Shown: positions 1-9,411 of the stretch, piece by piece
Layout of the letters: every line of letters starts with the position of its first letter
How positions within the stretch are numbered: position 1 is the first letter of the stretch
From: a plasmid
Strand: one strand, 5' to 3'
DNA: 64,000 nucleotides
Sequence record: NZ_CP043850.1
Position numbers and translations under genes: made by a program
The notes under the pieces: model-generated
Databases searched by the model: none
Seen by the model: the letters and a program-made list of their open reading frames with translations, nothing else
What the model was told of the DNA's origin: nothing

Positions 1-684
1 GTCTCCTGACAGGCGCATCACACGGGCCGCTTCGGCGAGGTCTGGGACCTGGAGCTGCACGGAGAGCTCTTCGAGCGCGACCCAGGGCTGGACCTTGGAG
101 AAGCGGGCCCGGACGAGTTCCTGGCGGATGCGCTGGAAGGCCCAGGAGTCCCCGATGGCGGCCGCGTTCTCCAGCGCCACCGTGGGCTGGGCGTTGCGGC
201 TGCGCTCGGCCGCCATCAGCTCCACGTACACGGCGACCGCACGGGCGAACTCGCGCCGGGCCTTGGTTGCCTGCTTGCGGGCCTCTGCGTCCGGGGCGAG
301 CCACACGACGGCGACGAGCAGGCCCACCAGCACCAGCGACAGCCACAGGGGCATGGAGTAGAACACCTGCGCACCCACGCTCAGGGACAGGCCGACCACC
401 AGCATCAGGGCCGCGCCGTAGATCTTGGCCCAGGTGTGCCGTGACCGGGTGGTCCCCAGCACATCCAGGTCGGCGTCGCTGAGGCCGTGGATCATGCTGG
501 CGGGCAGATGCGCCATGGCCCACTGGGAAGCCCTCTCCTTCCACGAGAGCGCGGCGCTGGGGGTGATCTCCTGCCCGGGGGCCCCGGGCAGGGCGGCCAG
601 GGACAGGCGCGGGCGCTCCGGCAACAGAGGCCAGAGCAGGGCGGTCAGGGCCAGCCCGAAGAGCATGCCGGCGATGATCATCAT
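1..684 (-). CDS. TadC-like type II secretion system F-domain membrane protein (partial; 3' end beyond window start)
   Basis: Minus-strand translation from the ATG at 684-682 (ATGA overlap with the stop of the tadB-like gene at 681-683) reads MMIIAGMLFGLALTALLWPL... as a hydrophobic polytopic protein with no stop before position 1. Plus-strand ORFs here are short GC artefacts. Position downstream of CpaF/TadB fits a tad operon. Confidence 0.5.
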   Translation of the reverse strand, partial: MMIIAGMLFGLALTALLWPLLPERPRLSLAALPGAPGQEITPSAALSWKERASQWAMAHLPASMIHGLSDADLDVLGTTRSRHTWAKIYGAALMLVVGLSLSVGAQVFYSMPLWLSLVLVGLLVAVVWLAPDAEARKQATKARREFARAVAVYVELMAAERSRNAQPTVALENAAAIGDSWAFQRIRQELVRARFSKVQPWVALEELSVQLQVPDLAEAARVMRLSGD

Positions 685-1547
685 GCGGAGCTCCTTGCGG
701 TGAGCAGCCGGATTTGGGGCTGGGGGGCGACCACGCGGGTCATCCAGAAGATCAGCAGCGCGGTGATCGAGGCCAGGGCAATGAAGATGATCTGCCCGGC
801 CGGGCTCTGGTAGGCGGCCATCGGTCCTCCCATCATCGGTGTCACGCACAGGGCGCCGACCACGAACAGGATCACGATCCGCGCTTCGCGGCGTGCGCCG
901 GCGCGGTCCGAGACGATCGAGCGGCGCTTGGCCACCTCTTCCTCGACCGCGGCGGCCAGGTCCTCCAGGGCGTTGACCAGGCCGCGGCCGCGCTGCATGG
1001 CGGCCAGGTTCAGGTGCATGACGATCAGGTCTCCGGTCTGGTCGGCCAGGTCGTAGCCGAGGTGGCGCAGCGCGTCCGTGGTGCTCCAGCTGGCCCGGAT
1101 GCGCGCCACGAGGCGGCCGATGTCCTCCCGGATCAGGGGGCCGGCGTTGGGCAGGGAGGCGATCAGGGCGGTCTCCAGGCCGGCGCCGGAGGTGAGCAGG
1201 CCGGACAGGGAGCGGGTCCACATCTCCATCTGGGCGAGCTTGTCGATCTGGTTGGTGGTCGAGACGGCACTGAACCCCAAGCGGACCAGGATCACGCAGG
1301 CCGGGAGGATCAGCAGGTACACCAGCAGGTGCGTGAACAGCGCGAGGAAGAAGCCGGCGGCGGCAGCGATGCCGACCGCGATCCAGGTCTTGCGGTCGAA
1401 TCGGGCGGCCAAGCGCTTGGCCATGGCGGTCAGACGGGAGTCCGGGGCGGCCGCCTTCGGCTCCGCCGGCCACCGCCAGTTGACCACGGCCAGGCCGAGT
1501 CCGAGCACGGCCAGTGCAGTGCCCAGGGTGATGAGCAGGGTGTGCAT
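681..1547 (-). CDS. TadB-like Flp pilus assembly protein (T2SS F domain, polytopic membrane)
   Basis: 288-aa ORF with multiple TM segments and a central cytoplasmic domain typical of GspF/TadB. Start overlaps the CpaF stop as ATGA at 1545-1549. Confidence 0.7.
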   Translation of the reverse strand: MHTLLITLGTALAVLGLGLAVVNWRWPAEPKAAAPDSRLTAMAKRLAARFDRKTWIAVGIAAAAGFFLALFTHLLVYLLILPACVILVRLGFSAVSTTNQIDKLAQMEMWTRSLSGLLTSGAGLETALIASLPNAGPLIREDIGRLVARIRASWSTTDALRHLGYDLADQTGDLIVMHLNLAAMQRGRGLVNALEDLAAAVEEEVAKRRSIVSDRAGARREARIVILFVVGALCVTPMMGGPMAAYQSPAGQIIFIALASITALLIFWMTRVVAPQPQIRLLTARSSA

Positions 1548-3130
1548 CAGGCGCCTCCTGCCACTCGGGTCAGGTCGAAGCCCACACGCTCGAGGTCAGC
1601 GCGCAGCCGGGTGTCCCCGGGGGGCTGCACAGGCTGGGCGTGGTCGTCGCCCGGGCGCATCTCGAACAGCGGTGCGACGGAGATGCCATCGGCGCTGTCT
1701 CCAGGCATGACCTCAGCGATGGTCACGACCTTGCGGCGCCACAGCCCCTGGGCGTCCTGGATCTTGCGCATCTGCAGGACGATGTCAAGGTGGTGGCCCA
1801 GCTGCCGGGTCATGAAGGTCTCGGAGAACTCATTCATGCCCAGACCCACCAGACGGTGGACCGCTTCCTGGGCACTGTAGGAGTGGACGGTGCAGAACGT
1901 GCCGGCGCCGGTCTGCATGGCTTGGATCATCGCGGTGATCTCGGTGCCGCGGACCTCGCCGACGAGGATGCGACGGCTGTTCAGTCGCAGGGCCTTCTCC
2001 ATGGCCTGGGCCAGGGTGTACTCCCCGATCCGAGAGCCGTCCGCGGTGCGCTCCCCCACCCCCGGTCGGTACTGCAGCTCGATCGGGGGGACCATCAGCG
2101 AGTCCAGGCGGTCCAGGTGCAGCTCGCGCTCTTTCTCGATGGTCACGATCTGCTCCATGGGAGGGATGCGCCCGGCCAGGGAGCGCATCAGGGTCGTCTT
2201 GCCGTCACCGCCGAAGCCTGAGATCACGATGGTCTTCTGCGCCTTCACGCAGGCGGTGAGGAAGTCGCACGCCAACGGGGAGATCACGCCGGTCTCGACC
2301 ATCTGGTCCAGAGTCACGTTCACGAAGCGGTGGACGCGGAAGACCGCGGTCGGACGCTTGGAGATCGGGGGGGCGGTAGCGGCCAGACGAACCGCGCCGC
2401 GCAGGTCCATGTCCAGGTCCGGGGAGGCGGCGCTGAAGGATCGGGACTCCTCCCCCGCGTGGGATGCCAGGTACTGCAGATCGGCCATCAGCTGCTCGTC
2501 GCTGTCGGCCACCGGGGGGCGAGGTTCCATGCGTCCGCCGGCGAGCTCGACCCAGACGCGGTCGCAGCCGTTGATGTGCACGTTCTCGACCTCGGGCTCG
2601 TCCAGAAGGGCCTGGAACCGGCCCAGGCCGAACATGTCGTCTCGCAGGGCCTGGCGCAGCGCCTGGCGCTCCTGGGAGCTCCAGGCGGCGGCCTGACCGC
2701 CGGTCTGCATGTTCTCCCGGTCCATCTCGTCGATGACGGAGTCGATGTGCTTCCAGCCCATGGACTGCCGCTCGTCCTCGGAGATGCCCTCCCGGCCGGC
2801 CAGCTCATCGGCGTAGCGATCCGAGGCCCGGTCGCGCAGGGTCTTGACGATCGACCAGAACGCGCGCATCTCGGTGTCCGGGGAGGTCCGGGCGGCCTCT
2901 GGTGCCGGCGAGGCCTCCAGAGACGGCTCCTGCACGGCGGAGGGCGCCGGGATGGTGCGTTCCGTGACGGGCGTGACCGAGTTCAGCTGCGATCCGAGCG
3001 GGCGGCTCAGATGGGCCCCCGCCGCTGCCGGGATCAGCGAGACCCGATCGGTCTTCTGCGCCGGCGCCCCGGTCAGGTACGGGCTGTTGAGCAGGTCCAG
3101 GGAGGTGTCGTCGCGGCCGGTGTTGCTCAT
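1547..3130 (-). CDS. CpaF/TadA-type secretion ATPase (VirB11/GspE superfamily) with Pro-rich N-terminal extension
   Basis: 527-aa ORF with Walker A SGFGGDGKTT, VirB11-like core (KTIVISGFGGDGKTTLMRSL, RLNSRRILVGEVRG) and a His-box-like TVHSYSAQEA. Confidence 0.85.
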   Translation of the reverse strand: MSNTGRDDTSLDLLNSPYLTGAPAQKTDRVSLIPAAAGAHLSRPLGSQLNSVTPVTERTIPAPSAVQEPSLEASPAPEAARTSPDTEMRAFWSIVKTLRDRASDRYADELAGREGISEDERQSMGWKHIDSVIDEMDRENMQTGGQAAAWSSQERQALRQALRDDMFGLGRFQALLDEPEVENVHINGCDRVWVELAGGRMEPRPPVADSDEQLMADLQYLASHAGEESRSFSAASPDLDMDLRGAVRLAATAPPISKRPTAVFRVHRFVNVTLDQMVETGVISPLACDFLTACVKAQKTIVISGFGGDGKTTLMRSLAGRIPPMEQIVTIEKERELHLDRLDSLMVPPIELQYRPGVGERTADGSRIGEYTLAQAMEKALRLNSRRILVGEVRGTEITAMIQAMQTGAGTFCTVHSYSAQEAVHRLVGLGMNEFSETFMTRQLGHHLDIVLQMRKIQDAQGLWRRKVVTIAEVMPGDSADGISVAPLFEMRPGDDHAQPVQPPGDTRLRADLERVGFDLTRVAGGA

Positions 3131-3984
3131 CGTTCCCCCTGCATGGGCTCGGTCTTCTCGATGATCTCTCGCCGGCTCAGCAACGCGTCCCCGAGCGAGG
3201 CGTTCAGGGCCTGGACCGCGCGGGTGTAGGGGCGCAGGCGCAGGTGGGACACCCGGGCCCCCCCGCCGAAGTGTGCTGCGGCCTCAGCTGCATGGGGCAG
3301 TCGCCCACGCACCGGGGCGCCCAGGACGGTGGCAACGTCCTTGGAGGGCAGTCGCTGGGCTCGATCCTCCACGAGCGTCAGCGACAACGAGTCCCCGATC
3401 CCTCGCTCAGCGCGGGCAGTGACCAGCTCAGGCAGGTAGGAGCGTGTGGCGGCCACGGAGACCAGATCGCTGCGCAGCACCACGTTCAGGTGATCGGCTT
3501 CGGTCCACAGGCTCTCTCGCCCGTAGGGGGCCTCGGCGCGGCCGGCGTCGATGATCACGTCGACGTCCTGTTCGGAGATCCGGCGCAGCACGGCGAACAA
3601 GTCGGCCCAGAACGAGCGCATCCCGCGCGCGGCACGGGGCTCGGCGATCGCCGGCAGCAACCAGCGGGCGGTGGCCGCCTCGGACCCGGAGAGCTCCACC
3701 GCTTGGTCCCAGACGTCCTGCTCCGAGATCGTGCGGTGGAACGATGCCTGGGCCACACCGATCAGCCCACTGTCCGCGGGGATCGACCCCTGCAGCCAGC
3801 CGGCCAACACCGACGAGGGCTTGGAGGCGTCAGCCTCGACCAGCAACACCGGGCGTGGCCAGGACAGGGTCATGGCCACGGCAGCGGTCGTCACGCCGGG
3901 ACTGGTCCCGAAGGATGCCAGGGTCAACACGCTCACTTCTTCGCTCCCTGCATGACAACGCTCGCAGAGTCCGTGGCGGCCCAC
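3127..3984 (-). CDS. TadZ/CpaE-like (degenerate ParA/MinD-fold) pilus assembly protein
   Basis: 285-aa ORF placed between CpaB-like and CpaF genes as in actinobacterial tad loci. Weak MinD-like fold without a canonical Walker A. Start codon uncertain. Confidence 0.5.
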   Translation of the reverse strand: MGRHGLCERCHAGSEEVSVLTLASFGTSPGVTTAAVAMTLSWPRPVLLVEADASKPSSVLAGWLQGSIPADSGLIGVAQASFHRTISEQDVWDQAVELSGSEAATARWLLPAIAEPRAARGMRSFWADLFAVLRRISEQDVDVIIDAGRAEAPYGRESLWTEADHLNVVLRSDLVSVAATRSYLPELVTARAERGIGDSLSLTLVEDRAQRLPSKDVATVLGAPVRGRLPHAAEAAAHFGGGARVSHLRLRPYTRAVQALNASLGDALLSRREIIEKTEPMQGER

Positions 3985-4628
3985 GAGGCGACAGTGGGGG
4001 CGTCCTTGGTGCTGAGGCGCACATCCACGGTGATCTTGCCGCTGGCTTCATCGACGCCACTGGCCTCCACGACGGCGGCGACCGACTCCCCCCGCTTGTC
4101 CCTGTCGGCGTTGTCATTGCCCGGCGTGAACACGACCAGGACCGGATCGCCCGCATTCAAGTCGCGGGAGGGAGTGCGTCCGGCCTCGAGGGCCAGACCC
4201 ACCAGGGCCTGCCCGTCGTCGACACCGACACGGGCAGCCGTGGAGGTCCGGGTGATGGTGCTGCCCGGCTCCAGGTCAGTCACGGCCACCTGGCCGATCA
4301 CGGTTCCCGACTCGTCGGAGGGCACCAAGGACCCGGGGTCTCCGGCCACGTCCACCGTGGTCAACATCGAGGACTCAATGCGGTCGCCTCGTTCGATCGC
4401 CTGGTTGGCCACCAGGTAGGGGCGCGCGTCATTGGTCAAGGAGGCCGAGTACGCGACCACTCCGCCCACCACGGCCAGCGCAGCAGCGACAGCCACTCCC
4501 CCGACCCGGCGCTTGGCAACCGGTGTGGCCGCAGTCCGACCGCGGCGGGCAGTGCCACCTGCCTCCGGGCCCTCTTGGGGGGCGTCCTCAGCCGTTGCGA
4601 CCGAGGTAGCGCGCTTCTTCAATGCCAC
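3933..4628 (-). CDS. CpaB/RcpC-like Flp pilus assembly protein (N-terminal TM + SAF-like domain)
   Basis: 231-aa ORF with one N-terminal TM helix (VAVAAALAVVGGVVAY) followed by a beta-rich periplasmic domain. First gene of the tad operon. Confidence 0.65.
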   Translation of the reverse strand: MALKKRATSVATAEDAPQEGPEAGGTARRGRTAATPVAKRRVGGVAVAAALAVVGGVVAYSASLTNDARPYLVANQAIERGDRIESSMLTTVDVAGDPGSLVPSDESGTVIGQVAVTDLEPGSTITRTSTAARVGVDDGQALVGLALEAGRTPSRDLNAGDPVLVVFTPGNDNADRDKRGESVAAVVEASGVDEASGKITVDVRLSTKDAPTVASWAATDSASVVMQGAKK

Positions 4629-4768
4629 CGTGGGCGTCCTTTCCGAATGTGTTCCTACGCCGTGAAGGCTACCTCACCTACCATGATCCATGTCAGGTTG
4701 GCGCCTCTTCACTCTGGATAAGGCCGCTGCGGAAGGGTGGTGTCCCTTCCAGGGGGTAGAAAAGTTCC

Positions 4769-5071
4769 ATGACCAGCCCGCCTGCCCCCATGGACCCCCT
4801 GGATGTCGCCGCTACGGCGTTCAGCTCCCGCCTCCGACTCGACATCCTGTCCACCCTCGCCCGCTCGCCCGGCTCCACGGCCCAGCAGCTCGCGGCGGAG
4901 CTCGGGGTCATCCGCTCCACGCTCGGGGTGAACCTGCGCGCGCTGGAGGCGGCTGGAGTGGTCCTGGCTGATGATCCCTCAACTGACCGCAGTGGGCGTC
5001 GGCTCCGCTATCGCCTGAACCTGGCGGTCTACGAGGGCGCTGTGGCCGCCATTCGCCGTCTCATCGCCTGA
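4769..5071 (+). CDS. small winged-helix (ArsR-like) transcriptional regulator
   Basis: 100-aa ORF with an HTH pattern (RLDILSTLARSPGSTAQQLAAELGVIRSTLGVNLRALEAAGVV). Divergent from the tad operon. Confidence 0.5.
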   Translation: MTSPPAPMDPLDVAATAFSSRLRLDILSTLARSPGSTAQQLAAELGVIRSTLGVNLRALEAAGVVLADDPSTDRSGRRLRYRLNLAVYEGAVAAIRRLIA

Positions 5072-5250
5072 CTCGATGCCATAACGCATGCCAGTCTCCC
5101 CGCCATGCCAGCAGGAGCTCGTCCAGGCCTTGTCATGCCATAAATAAGGCCATACAGGGGCCACAACGCACTCGGTAAATCTCTCGTGTTTTCCCGATGG
5201 ATGCAGTAGGCTGATCACACTGTCAGATCACCGAGTGCAGGAGGTCCCTC

Positions 5251-6168
5251 GTGTCCACCCCTACCCCCACACCCCTTGGCCTTGAAGGCGTCATCGCCGT
5301 CGCCAACAACAAGGGCGGCTGCGGCAAGACATCCGTCTGCGCGAACCTCGCCGGGCTGACCGCCGCTGCCGGCATTCGCACCCTCGTCGTCGACTTCGAC
5401 CCCCAGGGCAACCTGGGGCGAGACCTTGGTCTCGAGTCGCAGGATGGCCTGCAGCTCCGCCGGGCACTCGAGGATGGGGCTCCGTTGCCTGTCACTCTGG
5501 ACCCGCGGAGAGAGAACCTGGGGGTCGTGCAGAGCGGACCCCGCCTGGAGGAGATCATCAGCCTCCAGGTCGCCCGCGGATACGGCGCCCCCAGCCTCGC
5601 TGAGCTGCTGCACCAGAGCCTGTCAGCCGTCCTGCCGGACTGGGACCTGATCATCTTCGACACTTCCCCGGGACACCGTCCCCTGGTGGAGGCCGTGTTC
5701 AGCAATGCCCAGGCCGTCGTGCTGGTATCCAAGGCCGATGAGCGCAACTACGACGGCGTCGCCCAGACGGGTCAGTGGTTCCACAACGTCCACGAGACGA
5801 CCAACCCTGGTGTGCAGCTGCTGGGCGTGGCCCTGTTCGACATCGACTCCCAGGCTGTGAAGATCGAGGCCGGCGCGCGGCAGGTCCTGAACGAGATGCT
5901 CGCCGGCCTGGCCTTCGACCCGGCCGTCTTCACGGCCCGCATCCGCCACTCCTCGGCGGCGGCCGTGGATACCCGCCAGCGCGGCAAGCTCATCCACGAG
6001 CTCGAAGGCGACGTCGCCCAGGCCTACCAGGAGCGGTTCGCCGCGATCCGCGACGGGCGCCGACCGGCGTTCCACTCCAGGAGCCTGGACGGTGTGGCCG
6101 GTGACTACGCGGCTCTGGCCGAGGAGATCCTTGGCCGGCTCCAGTCTCTGGAAGGAGGGCAGCGCTGA
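5251..6168 (+). CDS. parA: ParA-family partition ATPase
   Basis: Deviant Walker A box NNKGGCGKTS and motifs A' and B. 305 aa. Confidence 0.9.
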   Translation: MSTPTPTPLGLEGVIAVANNKGGCGKTSVCANLAGLTAAAGIRTLVVDFDPQGNLGRDLGLESQDGLQLRRALEDGAPLPVTLDPRRENLGVVQSGPRLEEIISLQVARGYGAPSLAELLHQSLSAVLPDWDLIIFDTSPGHRPLVEAVFSNAQAVVLVSKADERNYDGVAQTGQWFHNVHETTNPGVQLLGVALFDIDSQAVKIEAGARQVLNEMLAGLAFDPAVFTARIRHSSAAAVDTRQRGKLIHELEGDVAQAYQERFAAIRDGRRPAFHSRSLDGVAGDYAALAEEILGRLQSLEGGQR

Positions 6169-6749
6169 TGTCCACCCACCGCGCCAGCAACCTCGGCAAC
6201 CTCTTCAACGCCCGCCGCGCGGCAGACCGCCCTGCCCAGGCGCCAGAAGCAACGCCATACACTGTGCGTCACTCCATGCCAGAATCTGCACCATCAACCA
6301 CGCCAGAGTTCACGCGGGAAACTGCACGGGAACCTACGGTGGAACCCACGCAGGATCTCACGCACGTCACTGTCTTGGCTGCCACGACCGCCGACCCGCA
6401 GGAGGACGAGCTGGTCGTCTCCAACGTCGCTATCTACCTTCCCGCGCCCGTGCTGGACCGTCTCAAGCGCGAGCGTGGTCGTCGGAAGATGACCTACACC
6501 GACCTGCTGGTCATGGCGTTCGACGAGCTCTCCCAGGAGCAGCTGCTGGAGGCGCTGGGGTACAAGCCGCAGGGCTCTGGGATGCCGCGGCGTCGTGGCG
6601 CCGGCCGCGGGCAGGGGGGTATCCAGGTGCAGTTGCGCCTGGATCAGCTGCAGCGCTCATGGCTGGATCAGCAGGTCCAGGCCTTGGGGGCGCCCTCGCG
6701 CAGCGCCTTGGTGGCCGCGGTGTTCGACTTCTGGCTCCCCAAGCGCTGA
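6168..6749 (+). CDS. partition partner / centromere-binding protein (ParB/ParG-like, unclassified)
   Basis: 193-aa ORF translationally coupled to parA (TGATG overlap at 6165-6170). Basic, low-complexity N-terminus. No canonical ParB box seen. Confidence 0.4.
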   Translation: MSTHRASNLGNLFNARRAADRPAQAPEATPYTVRHSMPESAPSTTPEFTRETAREPTVEPTQDLTHVTVLAATTADPQEDELVVSNVAIYLPAPVLDRLKRERGRRKMTYTDLLVMAFDELSQEQLLEALGYKPQGSGMPRRRGAGRGQGGIQVQLRLDQLQRSWLDQQVQALGAPSRSALVAAVFDFWLPKR

Positions 6750-6761
6750 CGGACCACACCT

Positions 6762-6796
6762 GAGGGGCCCTCGAACCACTGGTTCGAGGGCCCCTC
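6762..6796. terminator. bidirectional GC-rich hairpin terminator between convergent par and rep genes
   Basis: Perfect 16-bp inverted repeat GAGGGGCCCTCGAACC-act-GGTTCGAGGGCCCCTC lying between the stop of the + gene (6749) and the stop of minus-strand repA (6805). No T-tract, as is common in high-GC actinobacteria. Confidence 0.5.
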
Positions 6797-6804
6797 GAGT
6801 GTGT

Positions 6805-7812
6805 TCAGCCGAGCGAGCGCAGAGGGACAGCCCGGTGTGCCGGCTTGGGGACGTGGGTGGGGGAGGGGTGCAGGCGTAGGCCCTTGTCGAGCACGGCCAC
6901 CCGCGCCTTCGGGTAGATCACCTTCACCTGCTCGAGATTCTTGAGGAAGGCGGCCTTGAACTGGCGTCGCTGGCGGTACTCGGCCCCGAACTGCGCCTCC
7001 AGCTGGGCCCAGGAGACGGTCGTGGCCCGATCGAGCGTGGCCATTCGGTAGCACAGCCACACATAGAGGTCCTGTCGCATGGGGCTGCCGCCGAGGGCGC
7101 CCAGCGCGGAAGTGAGCACGGGGACGGGAGAGTGGAGGATCTCGCGGAAGTAGTCCTCGCTGAGTTCGATCACCGCATGGTTATGGCCCGTTTTATGGCC
7201 TGGCTTCTGGTATGTGAGCTGGTAGCGGGAGGAGACCAGGAAGCTCTGCCCGTTGATCGTCTGCGCAGTGCCCTGGTCGCGGATGGTCTCGATCAGAATC
7301 GAGGTCGTGCTCAGGCGGTGCAGCTGGTCCATCACGCGGCGCTGGTTCGCTCCTGAGGGCGCGTAGGTGCCCAAGCTGGACATGAACGAGCGCAGGGAGG
7401 GGCCGGGGTCCAGATGGCGGGAGCGGGTGCGCACCGCCTGGGTCGACATCCAGGTCAGCAGACTCCGAGCCACCACTCCGTAGGGGTAGCCGGCCGGGCC
7501 GGGGGAGAGCGTGACCGTGGTGTTCCCGTTGCGACGTGTCCAGTGCCGGACCTGCTCGCCTGGGTCCTTGTAGGGCAAGGAGAGCTGAGCCCAGATCCGG
7601 GTGGAGAAGGCCAGCTGCCCCGGGGTCTGTTCGATCTCACTGCTGGCCTCGAGCAGACGCAGTCGCCTCTGGCTGACCTGGGGCAGGCCAGCGGTGCTGA
7701 ACTCGGTGAGGTCGGGGGTGTGAACCATGGGGGAGAGGTCTTTCGAGGTGACGGCCGCGGAGACGGCAGGGGTGGGGAAAACCGGCTGCGGGCCGGAGTT
7801 ATCCACGTGCAT
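6805..7812 (-). CDS. repA: plasmid replication initiator RepA-like protein
   Basis: 335-aa ORF with a C-terminal winged-helix-like region (QDLYVWLCYRMATLDR) typical of actinobacterial theta-plasmid Rep proteins. Start codon lies inside the iteron array. Convergent with the par genes. Confidence 0.65.
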   Translation of the reverse strand: MHVDNSGPQPVFPTPAVSAAVTSKDLSPMVHTPDLTEFSTAGLPQVSQRRLRLLEASSEIEQTPGQLAFSTRIWAQLSLPYKDPGEQVRHWTRRNGNTTVTLSPGPAGYPYGVVARSLLTWMSTQAVRTRSRHLDPGPSLRSFMSSLGTYAPSGANQRRVMDQLHRLSTTSILIETIRDQGTAQTINGQSFLVSSRYQLTYQKPGHKTGHNHAVIELSEDYFREILHSPVPVLTSALGALGGSPMRQDLYVWLCYRMATLDRATTVSWAQLEAQFGAEYRQRRQFKAAFLKNLEQVKVIYPKARVAVLDKGLRLHPSPTHVPKPAHRAVPLRSLG

Positions 7813-7975
7813 CTTGTGACACCCGGGGGTGAGAGCCGACGAGGGCGTCGGTGGGGGACGAAAAGGGCGTAATCATGCGGATCGAGCATGTGCATCTTGT
7901 GACGCCCACCCGGTGAGGGCCGGAGTTATCCACGTGCATCTTGTGACGGTGGGCGTGTGCATCTTGTGACGCCCA
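7792..7975. repeat. iteron-like direct repeats (putative oriV / RepA operator)
   Basis: Four copies of GTGCATCTTGTGAC(G)CCCACC-like units at about 7806-7820, 7889-7910, 7933-7947 and 7957-7978. The longer CCGGAGTTATCCACGTGCATCTTGTGAC occurs twice (7792-7820 and 7920-7947). The inner pair forms an inverted repeat (GTGACGGTGGGCG / CGCCCACC). The repA ATG (ATGCACGTGGATAAC) sits within a repeat. Confidence 0.7.
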
Positions 7976-8100
7976 CCCCCTCAGATTCCGCGCCAGCACT
8001 GGGATCGGAGAGGGCCCCCATATAGGAAAACCCATGTAGTTCTCTCCTGTAGTAGGCCCGCTTGTGGTTGGGGATTGGTGGAGAACTCGACGAATGGGGG

Positions 8101-8961
8101 TCATGCGGCGCCCTGCTGCATGAGCGACTCCCAGTCGACGGTGAGATCAGAGCGCTGCAGGGCGTAGTCCTTCAGGGCCTTGGTCAGCCGACTGCGCAGG
8201 ACCGAGACGCGCTTGCACAGGGCGCGACCGTTGTAGCCGCACTCCTGGCTCAGTGCAGCGCGCTCCTGGTCGTCGGCCAGCTGGTAGCGCAGGAACACCG
8301 ACGCGTCTCGACTGGAGAACACGGCCGTGTCGCGGGCCCAGGCGACCAGAGCACACAGCTCCAGCGTTGCCCGGTCGCCGTCCTGTTCGTCGCCGGAGGT
8401 GGTGGCGAGCTCGGGCAGCCAATCAGGCAGGGTGTCGTTGCCGTCGTGGATGTCGTAGATCCGGCGCTCCAGCAGGGAGTCCTTCATCACGTCCATGGCC
8501 AGGTTGCCGATGCACGAGCCGGGCCGGTGCAGGGAGGGCTTACGCACCCAGCGCCACGCGGCGGCGATCACCGCGGCCGCCACCTCCTCCTGAGCGCTTG
8601 AGTCTCCGTGGACGGTGGCCAAGCGCATGCGTGTGTGGCGGGCGGCGATCAGGGTGAACCGCGGGAGCATGAGCTGCAGTACCGCGCGCCCGCAGTGCTC
8701 ATCGCCCTGCGCTGCCTGTTCCAGCAGCCCGCGCATCAGCTGCTCGCGCTCCTCCCGAGGTGCTTCGCTCACGCTCTGGCGCAGCTGGTCGCCGGTCTGC
8801 TCCCCGTGCGGCCAAGCGTGCGGGACATCGGCGTAGCGCACAGCCCACTCGGCGTTGAGTCGGTCGATCACGGTGGGGGCATAGGCCTGGGTGATGGTCA
8901 TGGGGTTACCTCCTGAAGCGGTGGCCCCGGGCAGGGCCGGGCGGATCAGAATCCAGTCCAC
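8101..8961 (-). CDS. hypothetical regulator, possible sigma-70-family (region-4-like HTH) protein
   Basis: 286-aa ORF. C-terminal ...ALSQECGYNGRALCKRVSVLRSRLTKAL resembles a sigma region 4 HTH. True start possibly MTITQAYAP at 8901. Weak assignment. Confidence 0.3.
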   Translation of the reverse strand: MDWILIRPALPGATASGGNPMTITQAYAPTVIDRLNAEWAVRYADVPHAWPHGEQTGDQLRQSVSEAPREEREQLMRGLLEQAAQGDEHCGRAVLQLMLPRFTLIAARHTRMRLATVHGDSSAQEEVAAAVIAAAWRWVRKPSLHRPGSCIGNLAMDVMKDSLLERRIYDIHDGNDTLPDWLPELATTSGDEQDGDRATLELCALVAWARDTAVFSSRDASVFLRYQLADDQERAALSQECGYNGRALCKRVSVLRSRLTKALKDYALQRSDLTVDWESLMQQGAA

Positions 8962-9159
8962 TCAGGGGGTCGGGATACGAGTCTGGACATGAGCCAGCGC
9001 AGCGAAGATCAGCAGATTTCCAGAAGCGATGGGTCTGGAAATCCCCGGATTCATGCGGATCTGAGGGCGCATCCGAAAATCTTGGTCACGCGGGAGGGAC
9101 ACCTGTGCTGCAAGGGGGGCCTTTAGGGCAGTGAGAGACCCCCCGCTAGGAGAGCCGTC

Positions 9160-9411
9160 ATGCCCGAGCAGTGCCCCCACTCCGTGTCCGACCAGGACCA
9201 GATCCCGACGCTGACCGATCAGCAGTGGACGGAGTTCGTCAGCGACGCGCACGCGATGCGTCAGGCCGAGACCACCTTGGAGGCCGGCATGGCCGATCTG
9301 CTGGCGCGCCCGTTCGACGAGAGCGCTCAGCTCCAGCTGCGCCAGGTGCTCGACTCGGACCAGCTGCGCCGGGCCACCCAGATCGCGCGGAGCATGCAGG
9401 AGGGCCGATGA
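9160..9411 (+). CDS. hypothetical protein (first gene of transfer operon)
   Basis: 83-aa acidic ORF with an RBS-like GGAGAG upstream. Its stop overlaps the next start (ATGA at 9408-9411). Confidence 0.4.
   Translation: MPEQCPHSVSDQDQIPTLTDQQWTEFVSDAHAMRQAETTLEAGMADLLARPFDESAQLQLRQVLDSDQLRRATQIARSMQEGR

Noticed and set aside
4629-4768. Search for a small Flp pilin gene upstream of the tad operon
   Set aside because: No convincing short ORF with a Flp-type leader (G/XXXXEY) was found in either orientation. The pilin gene is probably outside the window.
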